Shown here piece by piece: positions 50,378 to 57,820 of a DNA stretch of 64,000 nucleotides. The translations under genes and the position numbers were made by a program. The notes beneath the pieces were generated by a model. It did no database searches. It was not told the origin of the DNA and saw only the letters and a program-made list of their open reading frames with translations. The DNA is taken from NCBI GenBank assembly GCA_947477565.1, contig CANJUR010000006.1, positions 70,668 through 134,667 of the forward strand, written 5' to 3'. Origin of the DNA: Deltaproteobacteria bacterium (lineage in GTDB: Bacteria > Myxococcota_A > Polyangia > Polyangiales > Ga0077539). How positions within the stretch are numbered: the stretch's first letter is position 1; each line of letters starts with the position of its first letter.

Positions 50378-50860
50378 ATGCAACTCCGCACGTTTCGGTT
50401 TGTTCTCCCGTTTCTGCTCACCCTGTCGGCGGGCTGCAATCGCGCGCCCGATGAGCCCGCCGGGCGCACCGCGACGACCGCGCTCCCGGCGTCTCCCGCG
50501 TCTCCCTCGTCTCCCGCGTCGGCGCACGGAGCGCCGGCCACCGTGGGGGCGTCGCACGTGCTGGTGATGCACCGCGGGTCTGAGCGGGTTCCGCCGAACG
50601 TCACGCGCACCCGCGAAGAGGCCCGGACGCGCATCGAGGACGTACTGCGGCGCGCTCGCGCAAGTCAGGATTTCGCTGCGCTAGCAAGGGAGTTCAGCGA
50701 CGAGCCGGGCGCGAGCAGCAGCGGCGGAAGTCTCGGGATGTTCGGGCACGGGGCGATGGTTCCGGCCTTCGATCAGGCGGCGTTTGCGCTCAGCGTCGGG
50801 CAAATCAGCGAGATCGTGGAGACCCCGTTCGGGTTCCACGTGATCAAGCGAACGCAGTAA
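50378..50860 (+). CDS. Parvulin-type peptidyl-prolyl cis-trans isomerase lipoprotein (PpiC/PrsA-like)
   Basis: MQLRTFRFVLPFLLTLSAGC (lipobox). ASHVLV, FAALAREFSDEPGASSSGGSLGMFGHGAMVPAFDQAAF, ETPFGFHVIKR. Confidence 0.85.
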   Translation: MQLRTFRFVLPFLLTLSAGCNRAPDEPAGRTATTALPASPASPSSPASAHGAPATVGASHVLVMHRGSERVPPNVTRTREEARTRIEDVLRRARASQDFAALAREFSDEPGASSSGGSLGMFGHGAMVPAFDQAAFALSVGQISEIVETPFGFHVIKRTQ

Positions 50861-50879
50861 CGGGGCGTCGGGGAGGGGC

Positions 50880-51302
50880 CATAGGCGTTACCCGTCGATT
50901 GAAAGGCGGGCGGAGCTTGCCCCGCCCGCGGTGAATCAGGTGGTGAATGCTACAGCCGCACTTCGGGGAATCCGTTCGGCAACGGCTGCAAGCGGCTGGC
51001 GGATCGGGGTTGGTCGCGTCCCGCGCCTGCACCCGCAGGCTAACGAAAGCAGGCTCCCACTCCGCGGGCTAACGGAAGGGATGAACGACTCGATCTCGTT
51101 TGTTGGGAGCTCGATGACGGCTGCCAAAGCGTCGGGGAGTTCAGCTCCGCGGGCGAGTCGACGTCCTTCCGAAAGCCCCGTCAGGGGCGCCTGCTTTCGT
51201 TAGCCTGGGGTGCAGGCGCGGGACGCGACCAACCCCAGCAGCGCCGCTCGCGCCCCGTATGAACGGCCTCCCCGAAGTGCGGCGGTAGCATCAACGCCTA
51301 TG
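50880..51302. repeat. Roughly 420-bp imperfect palindrome (nested inverted repeats) in the ppiC-ileS intergenic region
   Basis: Arm pairs: 50880-50889 with 51293-51302 (10/10); 50947-50977 with 51261-51291 (28/31); 51006-51054 with 51189-51236 (48 of 49, one bulged C). Central 134 nt is unpaired. Confidence 0.85.
50906..50929 (+). terminator. GC-only hairpin downstream of ppiC (possible terminator; no U tract)
   Basis: GCGGGCGG-agcttgcc-CCGCCCGC, a perfect 8-bp stem, 46 nt after the stop at 50860. Confidence 0.25.
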
Positions 51303-51504
51303 CCTCCGGGGGTCCCCCTTCCTATGCCGAGCTGCCGCGCCTGGCGTCCAGTTTGGAAAAAAAGTTGATTAGCCCTTCAGGCGGCTTTGCGGGAGTCCCT
51401 GTCCAAGGTCTCGAGTCGCGTTTTCCGGCGCGAGCCCGAGAGCGCTGCGCTCGCGCGGTTTCTGTCGGCGCTGTACGCAGCGATGGCGGACGACCTAGCG
51501 AGCA

Positions 51505-51672
51505 ACGCTCGCGAGCGTCTCCGACATCCCGATCACGGAGCAAAAGACGCTCGCGAGCGTCTCCGACATCCCGATCACGGAGCAAAAGACGCTCGCGAGC
51601 CTCTCCGACATCCCGACGAGGCACCGATATACGTTCGCGAACGTCTCCGACACCCTCGATGAGGGTGTGGGC
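51505..51672 (+). repeat. Four tandem, exactly phased 42-bp repeats, each starting with a 14-bp palindrome
   Basis: Units start at 51505, 51547, 51589 and 51631. Units 1 and 2 are identical (ACGCTCGCGAGCGTCTCCGACATCCCGATCACGGAGCAAAAG). Unit 3 matches 27/28 at its 5' end. Unit 4 carries the palindrome variant ACGTTCGCGAACGT. Confidence 0.9.
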
Positions 51673-51819
51673 GCCCTCCTCCGCTTCGCCGTGGGTGAGG
51701 CGTCGTCCGTGGGCGAGGCGCGACTCCCCCGAAGGTCACCTCGCTCGCGGCGCTCGTCCGCCGCGTCCGCCCTGCTGCTCTTCTGGAACGCCCCGCCCGG
51801 GTGTGATAGGCGATCGCCC

Positions 51820-54800
51820 GTGCCGAGGGATTACAAAGCGACGTGCCTGCTGCCGAAGACTGCCTTCCCGATGAAGGGCGACCTCTTCAAGCGTGAGCCT
51901 CAGTGGCTTGCCCGCTGGGAGTCCACGGGGCTCTACGAGCGCATCCTGGCGCGTCCGGTCGATGGGCGCTTCGTCTTCCACGACGGCCCGCCGTACGCCA
52001 ACGGGCACATGCACTACGGGCACATCCTCAACAATGCGTTGAAGGACTTCGTGACCCGCTCGCGCAACCTTCTGGGCGAGCGCACGCGCTTCATCCCCGG
52101 CTGGGACTGCCACGGGCTTCCCATCGAACTCAACGTGGACCGCGAAGTGAAGCGCAAGAAGGAGAACGTCTCCCCGACGGAGATGCGCGTGCGCTGCCGC
52201 GACGAGGCCGCGAAGTGGGTCGAGGTGCAGCGAACCGAGCGCAAGCGACTCGGGGTGCTGGGCACCTGGGAGACCCCTTACCTCACGATGAACAAGGCCT
52301 TCGAGGCGCAGGTGATCCGCGCGCTGCGGGCCTTCGTGGCGAACGAGATCGTCTACCGCGGCAAGAAGCCGGTGCAGTGGTGCTGGCACTGCCGCACGGC
52401 GCTCGCGGAGGCCGAGGTGGAGTACGCCGACGCCCACGTGTCGCCGTCGATCTATGTGAAGTTCGCGCTCGACGCGCAGAGCCTGGAGACGCTGCGGGCG
52501 AAGCTCCCCGCGGGCGTCACCCGCGTAGCCGCCCTCATCTGGACCACCACCCCGTGGACCATCCCCGCCAACCTTGCGATCGCGGTGCACCCGGCGCTCG
52601 ACTACGTGGTGCTTCAGGGCGTCGATGGAGAAGGTCTCCTCGTGGCGACGAGCCTCGCCGCGGCGGTGGCGAAGGCGGCCGGCCTGACCGACCTCGTGGT
52701 GGGACCGGCGTTCAAGGGAGAGTTGCTTCTTGGGGTGAAGGCGAAGCATCCCTTCGAGGAGCGCTGGGCGGAGGTGTTTGGCGCCGATTACGTCGAGAGC
52801 GGCGCGGGTACCGGGCTTGTGCACACGGCGCCGGGCCACGGACGCGACGACTACAAGCTCGGGAGCGCGCACGGCCTCGAGGCGTACGCACCGGTCGGCG
52901 ACGACGGCCGCTACACCGGTGAGCTTGGCGACGGCGCAAAGGCGATGGGCCTCGAAGGGAAGTTCATCTTCGACGCTAACCCCGTGGTCGAGCAGCACCT
53001 GCGCTCCCTCGGGGCGCTGCTGCAGCCGCCGGGGCAGACCCTCACGCACAAGTATCCGATCTGCTGGCGCTGCAAAAACCCGCTCATTACCCGCGCGACC
53101 ACGCAGTGGTTCATCGCGATGGACGAGCCGATGCGGGCGCCTGGCTCGGACGGCCACACGCTGCGTGCGCGGGCCCTCTCGGAGATCGATCGCCTCGCCG
53201 CGGACGGAGCGCGGGCTGCGAGCGAGGGCACCGCGCGGGGGTGGGTTCCGTCCTGGGGGCGCGAGCGCATCCGCGGAATGATCGAGGCCCGGCCGGACTG
53301 GTGCATCTCGCGGCAGCGCATCTGGGGCGTTCCGATTCCTGCGGTGCAGCACAAGGCGACCGGCGAGGTGGTGCTCACCACCGAACTCCTCGACCACGTG
53401 GCCAACGTCTTCGCCGAGCGCGGCGCAGATGCCTGGTACAGCGACGATCCGACGGTGCTGCCGGCGGAGATTCGCTGCGCCGACGGGGTGTTGCGACCGC
53501 GCGAGGAGTTCACCCGCGACGGCAGCATCATCGACGTGTGGTTTGAGTCTGGGAGTTCGTTCTTCGCGGTGTGCGAGCCGGAGCCCGACCTCGGGGCGAA
53601 GGTAGATCTCTACCTTGAGGGCAGCGACCAGCACCGCGGGTGGTTTCACTCGTCGCTGCTGGTGGGCTGCGCGGTGTTGGGCGAGGCGCCGTACCGGGCG
53701 GTGCTCACGCACGGCTTCGTCTGCGACGACCAGGGGCGTCCGTACTCCAAGAGCGACATCCGCCGCCGGCAGGAGGCGCGACGAGACGAGATCACCGCGC
53801 GCATCACGAAGGGCGAAGCGCTCGAAGGGGTGCTCGCGGCGATGAAGAGCACCTGGGCGACGCCGGAGAAGATCGCCGACGCGAAGAAGCGTCTGGCGAA
53901 GAAGACCTCCCTCGACGACGTTGCGCTCGCGATCGCCCAGGACGACATCGAGTTCATTCCCCCGGAGAAGATCATCGCCGAGCAGGGGGCCGAGCTGTTT
54001 CGCGCGTGGGCGGTCTTCGTAGATTACGAAAACGACATGCCCTACTCGCGTGCCGTATTGAACCAGGCCATCGACGCCTATCGGCGGGTGCGCAACACGA
54101 TGCGGTTCATGCTGGGTGCGCTACGCGACGAGCCTGCACCGCTGCTCTCGGAGGTGGTTCTCGAGCCTCTCGATCGCTGGGCGATGGTTCGCCTCGGCGA
54201 GGTGCTCGCGAAGTGCGAGCGGGCCTATCGGCAGTACTCGTTTCGCGAGGTGTTCGCGACGGTGGTGGACTTCTGCCAGGAGCTGTCGGGCCTCTACCTC
54301 GATGCCTCCAAGGACTGGCTCTACAACGACGCCGCGGACGTCCCGCGCCGCCGCTCGGCGCTCGCCACGATGCAGCACCTCGTGCGGTCGCTGGCCGCGG
54401 TGGTTGCGCCCATTCTCCCGTTCTCCTCCGAAGACGTCTGGGATCACCTCCCGGCCTTCGAGGCGAAGGGTGACAGCGTGCATCTGGAGCTGTGGCCGAC
54501 GGTGACTCCCCTCGCTGATGGCGAGGCGTTGATTGTGGCGATGCGTCGGCTGCGCACGCTTCGCGACGGGGTGTTTGCGGTGCTCGAGCCGGTGGTTCAG
54601 GGCTGGGGCGTGGAGAAGCAGGCTGCGAAGAAGGCGGGCCGCGAGCCAGGGGCGGGTGAAGTCAGCTTCTCCGACGACGCCCGCATCGACCATGCCCGCG
54701 ATGCCGCGGTGTCTCTCGAAGTCTCCGAGGCCGACCGCGCCGAACTCGGACCGCTCGCCCCGCAGGTCGCCGAGCTACTCGGGCTGGGCTCCATCGAACT

Positions 54801-54960
54801 GGTCGCCGGTCCGATCGCGGGCGAGCGCGTGCGACGGGCGTTGGGTCCGTCCTGTGAGCGTTGCTGGCGTCGCCGTGGCGATGTGGGCGGTGACGGGCTA
54901 TGTCCCCGCTGTCGTCACGCCGTCGAAGTCTTTGACCGCGCCGCTGGCGCTCCCGCGTAG
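51820..54960 (+). CDS. ileS: Isoleucine--tRNA ligase
   Basis: DYKATCLLPKTAFPMKGDL, PPYANGHMHYGH (HIGH), WCISRQRIWGVPIP, PYSKS at the KMSKS position, C-terminal zinc knuckles CERCW...CPRC. GTG at 51820 preferred; the track start at 51667 adds a junk-like extension. Confidence 0.93.
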   Translation: MPRDYKATCLLPKTAFPMKGDLFKREPQWLARWESTGLYERILARPVDGRFVFHDGPPYANGHMHYGHILNNALKDFVTRSRNLLGERTRFIPGWDCHGLPIELNVDREVKRKKENVSPTEMRVRCRDEAAKWVEVQRTERKRLGVLGTWETPYLTMNKAFEAQVIRALRAFVANEIVYRGKKPVQWCWHCRTALAEAEVEYADAHVSPSIYVKFALDAQSLETLRAKLPAGVTRVAALIWTTTPWTIPANLAIAVHPALDYVVLQGVDGEGLLVATSLAAAVAKAAGLTDLVVGPAFKGELLLGVKAKHPFEERWAEVFGADYVESGAGTGLVHTAPGHGRDDYKLGSAHGLEAYAPVGDDGRYTGELGDGAKAMGLEGKFIFDANPVVEQHLRSLGALLQPPGQTLTHKYPICWRCKNPLITRATTQWFIAMDEPMRAPGSDGHTLRARALSEIDRLAADGARAASEGTARGWVPSWGRERIRGMIEARPDWCISRQRIWGVPIPAVQHKATGEVVLTTELLDHVANVFAERGADAWYSDDPTVLPAEIRCADGVLRPREEFTRDGSIIDVWFESGSSFFAVCEPEPDLGAKVDLYLEGSDQHRGWFHSSLLVGCAVLGEAPYRAVLTHGFVCDDQGRPYSKSDIRRRQEARRDEITARITKGEALEGVLAAMKSTWATPEKIADAKKRLAKKTSLDDVALAIAQDDIEFIPPEKIIAEQGAELFRAWAVFVDYENDMPYSRAVLNQAIDAYRRVRNTMRFMLGALRDEPAPLLSEVVLEPLDRWAMVRLGEVLAKCERAYRQYSFREVFATVVDFCQELSGLYLDASKDWLYNDAADVPRRRSALATMQHLVRSLAAVVAPILPFSSEDVWDHLPAFEAKGDSVHLELWPTVTPLADGEALIVAMRRLRTLRDGVFAVLEPVVQGWGVEKQAAKKAGREPGAGEVSFSDDARIDHARDAAVSLEVSEADRAELGPLAPQVAELLGLGSIELVAGPIAGERVRRALGPSCERCWRRRGDVGGDGLCPRCRHAVEVFDRAAGAPA

Positions 54961-54967
54961 AGGATCC

Positions 54968-55645
54968 ATGAGCGAAGAGAACCCCGTCCCCGAGACCCCA
55001 GCGACCCCAGAGACACCTGCGGATGCTTCTCCTGCGAAGGCGAAGCCCGCGATCGAGCCTGTGACTGCGCGCGACTGGATCTTCCTTGCGGTGATCTCTC
55101 TTGGCAGCGCCGCGGCCGACCTCTGGAGCAAGGCCTGGGCGCTCGGTCGCCTGTCGCGCTCGGTGCCCAACCCGCCGCCGCTCTGCACGCCTCCGCCAGG
55201 GCTCCAGCACTACCTGCCGCAGCGCGTAGCCAACCGCGAGATCGTCTACATCAAGGACTACCTCGACCTGCAGTACGCCGAGAATTGCGGCGGCGCCTGG
55301 GGTCTTCTGCACGGTGCGAGCGAGGCTGTGCGACGCCCGTTCTTCCTGCTCGTCACCATCGGTGCCATTGCCTTCATCGTTCACCTCTACCGCACGATGG
55401 AACCCGGGCAGCGCTTGATGAAGTGGGCTCTGCCGCTGGTTCTTGGCGGCGCCATCGGCAACCTCGTGGACCGGGTGCGTCTGGGCTACGTGGTGGACTT
55501 CATCCACGCGCACCTGAAGATGCGTTTCCACTGGCCGACCTTCAACGTCGCAGACATCGCGATCACCGTCGGCATCGGGCTGATGGTGCTCGAGTACATC
55601 ATCGGGCCGAAGAAGCCCGCGCGCCCGGTGGCGACGCGCGCTTGA
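54968..55645 (+). CDS. lspA: Lipoprotein signal peptidase (signal peptidase II)
   Basis: NCGGAWGLL, LVLGGAIGNLVDR, FNVADIAITVG. ATG lies 8 nt after the ileS stop. Pro/Glu/Thr-rich N-terminal extension. Confidence 0.9.
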   Translation: MSEENPVPETPATPETPADASPAKAKPAIEPVTARDWIFLAVISLGSAAADLWSKAWALGRLSRSVPNPPPLCTPPPGLQHYLPQRVANREIVYIKDYLDLQYAENCGGAWGLLHGASEAVRRPFFLLVTIGAIAFIVHLYRTMEPGQRLMKWALPLVLGGAIGNLVDRVRLGYVVDFIHAHLKMRFHWPTFNVADIAITVGIGLMVLEYIIGPKKPARPVATRA

Positions 55646-56568
55646 GACCGATCCTCGTCGCGCTGTTCGGGGTTGATCTCCCCGCGTACTTTGCGATGTT
55701 GGCGACCGGTTTCGCGCTTGCGACCTTCATCGGCGCGCGCTGGCTCGGCCGGCTCGGTCAAGACCGCGAGGTGGTCATCGACCTCGGCCTCGCGATGGTG
55801 GTCGCCGGGGTGATCGGCTCGCGCCTCCTGCACGTTCTCGCCGACGGGTACTTCTGGGACTACGTGCACCTCTGCACTGATCCCGCGAAGGTCTCCTGGC
55901 ACATCACCCGCGAGCACTGCCTCCACAGTTCGGTCAACGGTCTCTGGGATCAACCCCACGGCGTATGCCACCCGAAAGAGGCCAACTGCTTCGCGTGGGC
56001 GGCCTTCTGGGCCGGCGGGCTGACGTACTACGGCGGCCTCATCGGCGCGGTGGGCTACGCCGTGTATTTCCTGCGGCGCGAGGGTTTTCCGTTCTGGAAG
56101 GCCGCGGACATGGCGGGCTTCGGGGTTGCGCTCGGGCTCGCCTGGGGGCGCATGGGCTGCTTCCTGGCGGGCTGCTGCTTCGGAGTCCCCTGCGAGCATT
56201 CATGGAGCGCGTGGTTTCCCCGGTACTCGCCCGCGAGCGAGGCGCAGTTTCGCGCGCACCGACTGGCCAGCGAGGCGCTTCCCGCGCTTCCCGTACACCC
56301 GACGCAGCTCTACGAGGCGGCCGGATCGCTAGCGATCGCCGCGGTGGGCTACTACCTCATCGCCCCGCGCAAGCGCTTTGACGGGCAGGTCTTCGTCTTC
56401 TTCCTCGCGAGTTACTCGGTGCTGCGCATCTCGGTGGAGATCTTGCGCAACGACGACCGCGGGGCGCTGCTCGGATTGAGCACTTCGCAGCTCATCTCGG
56501 TGCTGATCACGCTGGGGTTGATACCCGTGTACCGCTGGCTGCGCGTCCGCTCACTGCCAGCGGCGTAG
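55642..56568 (+). CDS. lgt: Prolipoprotein diacylglyceryl transferase
   Basis: TTG start overlapping the lspA stop (TTGA). YFAMLATGFALA, GRMGCFLAGCCFG, HPTQLYEA. Multi-TM. Confidence 0.88.
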   Translation: MRPILVALFGVDLPAYFAMLATGFALATFIGARWLGRLGQDREVVIDLGLAMVVAGVIGSRLLHVLADGYFWDYVHLCTDPAKVSWHITREHCLHSSVNGLWDQPHGVCHPKEANCFAWAAFWAGGLTYYGGLIGAVGYAVYFLRREGFPFWKAADMAGFGVALGLAWGRMGCFLAGCCFGVPCEHSWSAWFPRYSPASEAQFRAHRLASEALPALPVHPTQLYEAAGSLAIAAVGYYLIAPRKRFDGQVFVFFLASYSVLRISVEILRNDDRGALLGLSTSQLISVLITLGLIPVYRWLRVRSLPAA

Positions 56569-57816
56569 CGCTCCGGCGGTCACTGTCGCGAGGGCCCGCG
56601 GGCTCCCCAGCACGTACGGCAGCGCTTCCCAGCTCGGGAGATCGAGCACCGCGAGGTCTGCGCGTGCCCCGACCACGATTCGTCCGCGATTGCTCAGCTC
56701 CAGGCAATCCGCTGCCGTCGCGGTGATTCCGAACCACGCCTCCACGGTCGAGAGCCCCATCTGTCGAACGCCAAACGCGGCCATCCAGGGCAGTGCGTCG
56801 CAGTGGCTCGTGCCGGGGTTGCAGTCCGTCGCCAGCGCTACGGACACGCCCAGCGCGCGCATCCGCCGCGCATCCGGCATCGGCTGCCCCAGAGAGAAAG
56901 CGGCCCCGGGCAGCAGCACCGCCGTCACCCCTGCGGCGGCCATCGCGCGCAGTCCGTCGTCGCTGACGTGCTCCAGATGGTCGGCGCTCGCCGCGCCCAA
57001 CGCCGCCGCAAACTGCGCCCCGCCCACGTCCTCGAACTGTCCGACGTGCAGGCGCGCACGCAGTCCAAGCGCCTTCGCGCGCTCGAGCGTCGGGGCGCAC
57101 TCCGCCACGCTGAACCCCGGCCCATCGATGTACGCGTCGATGAAGCGCGCGTGCCCCTGCTGCGCCACTGCGTCCAGCATTCGCCCCGCCACCGTCGCGA
57201 GGTAGCGCGCGCGGCCATCGGCTTCGCCCCGCAGCTCTGGCGCAACCGCGTGCAGCCCCAGAAAGGTCGGCACGATCCGGTCGCCCACGGAGCGCAGCAC
57301 GGCGAGCGATCGCAGCTCGTGGGCGGTCTCCAGCGCGTAGCCGGTCTTCACTTCGACGGTGGTCGTCCCGAAGCGCGCCATCGCGTCGAGACGCTTCGTA
57401 AGCAGCGCGCGAAGGACATCGTCCGAGGCCGCCCGCAGCGCACGCACGCTCGCCGCGATGCCGCCCCCGCGCGCCGCGATTTCTGCATAGCTCGCTCCCT
57501 GTAGCCGCAGCGAGAACTCCCCTGCGCGGTGTCCCGCGAAGAGGGAGTGCGAGTGCGCATCGACGAGCCCCGGCGTGAGAAGCGCGTCGCCGACGTCGAG
57601 CACCGTCGCGTCGGCGGTCAGCGTGACCGCGCGCTCGACGTCCGCGGTGCGGCCCACCGCGACGATGCGGTCGTCCGCGATCGCCACCGCGCCGTCTTCG
57701 ATGATCCCGAGCGGCGTCGGATCGAAGTCCGCCAGCGGCGCGCGCGGAGCCAATTTCCCTCCGCAGGTGAGCACTTCGCGCGCATGTCGGAGCAGGAGGT
57801 TGGCGGCGACCTTCAC
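56551..57816 (-). CDS. hutI: Imidazolonepropionase
   Basis: TPGLVDAHSHSLF, GGGI, FIDAY, ASADHLEH, TAVLLPGAAFSL, ALATDCNPG. GTG start. Lies 4 nt downstream of hutU. Confidence 0.92.
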   Translation of the reverse strand: MKVAANLLLRHAREVLTCGGKLAPRAPLADFDPTPLGIIEDGAVAIADDRIVAVGRTADVERAVTLTADATVLDVGDALLTPGLVDAHSHSLFAGHRAGEFSLRLQGASYAEIAARGGGIAASVRALRAASDDVLRALLTKRLDAMARFGTTTVEVKTGYALETAHELRSLAVLRSVGDRIVPTFLGLHAVAPELRGEADGRARYLATVAGRMLDAVAQQGHARFIDAYIDGPGFSVAECAPTLERAKALGLRARLHVGQFEDVGGAQFAAALGAASADHLEHVSDDGLRAMAAAGVTAVLLPGAAFSLGQPMPDARRMRALGVSVALATDCNPGTSHCDALPWMAAFGVRQMGLSTVEAWFGITATAADCLELSNRGRIVVGARADLAVLDLPSWEALPYVLGSPRALATVTAGALRRWQ

Positions 57817-57820
57817 TGCG

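Noticed and set aside
47144-50634. Long minus-strand ORFs 47144..48865 (573 aa) and 47887..50634 (915 aa)
   Set aside because: They are antisense to unmistakable lysC and NtrC-family genes. The translations are low-complexity and R/P/G/H-rich. This is the typical shadow-ORF pattern of high-GC DNA.
50880-51302. Known housekeeping RNAs (RNase P RNA, tmRNA, SRP RNA, 6S) or a retron msr/msd in the palindromic region
   Set aside because: The region lacks GGAAAGUCCGG and ACAGAA..CGGCUUA (RNase P). It lacks a tRNA-like GGGG...UCCACCA end (tmRNA). It lacks the GGUCCGGAAGGAAGCAGCC SRP motif; only CGGAAGG is present. It is too long for 6S. No reverse-transcriptase gene is adjacent, which argues against a retron.
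51387-51662. ORF encoding a 14-aa tandem-repeat peptide (ARERLRHPDHGAKD x3)
   Set aside because: It needs a TTG start with no convincing SD. The repeat is better explained at the nucleotide level: it is a perfect DNA palindrome with a compensated variant. It is kept as a repeat feature rather than a CDS.
51505-51672. Mini-CRISPR array interpretation of the 42-bp repeats
   Set aside because: The would-be spacers of units 1 and 2 are identical. There are only four units, no cas genes are present, and the repeat-plus-spacer length (25+17) is far too short.
51667-51819. N-terminal 51-codon extension of the ileS ORF, and similar track extensions for hbd, the thiolase, acnA, ettA, lspA, lgt, ppiC and hutU
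   Set aside because: The extensions are Arg/Ser/Pro-rich, or they overlap upstream genes or repeats. Conserved N-termini begin at the internal ATG/GTG/TTG starts used in the feature list.
51673-51819. T-box or attenuator leader for ileS
   Set aside because: No AANNNGGGUGGNACCNCG-like T-box sequence is visible, and no terminator hairpin with a U tract.
51736-53712. Minus-strand ORF of 658 aa
   Set aside because: It is antisense to ileS, which carries all class I synthetase motifs.
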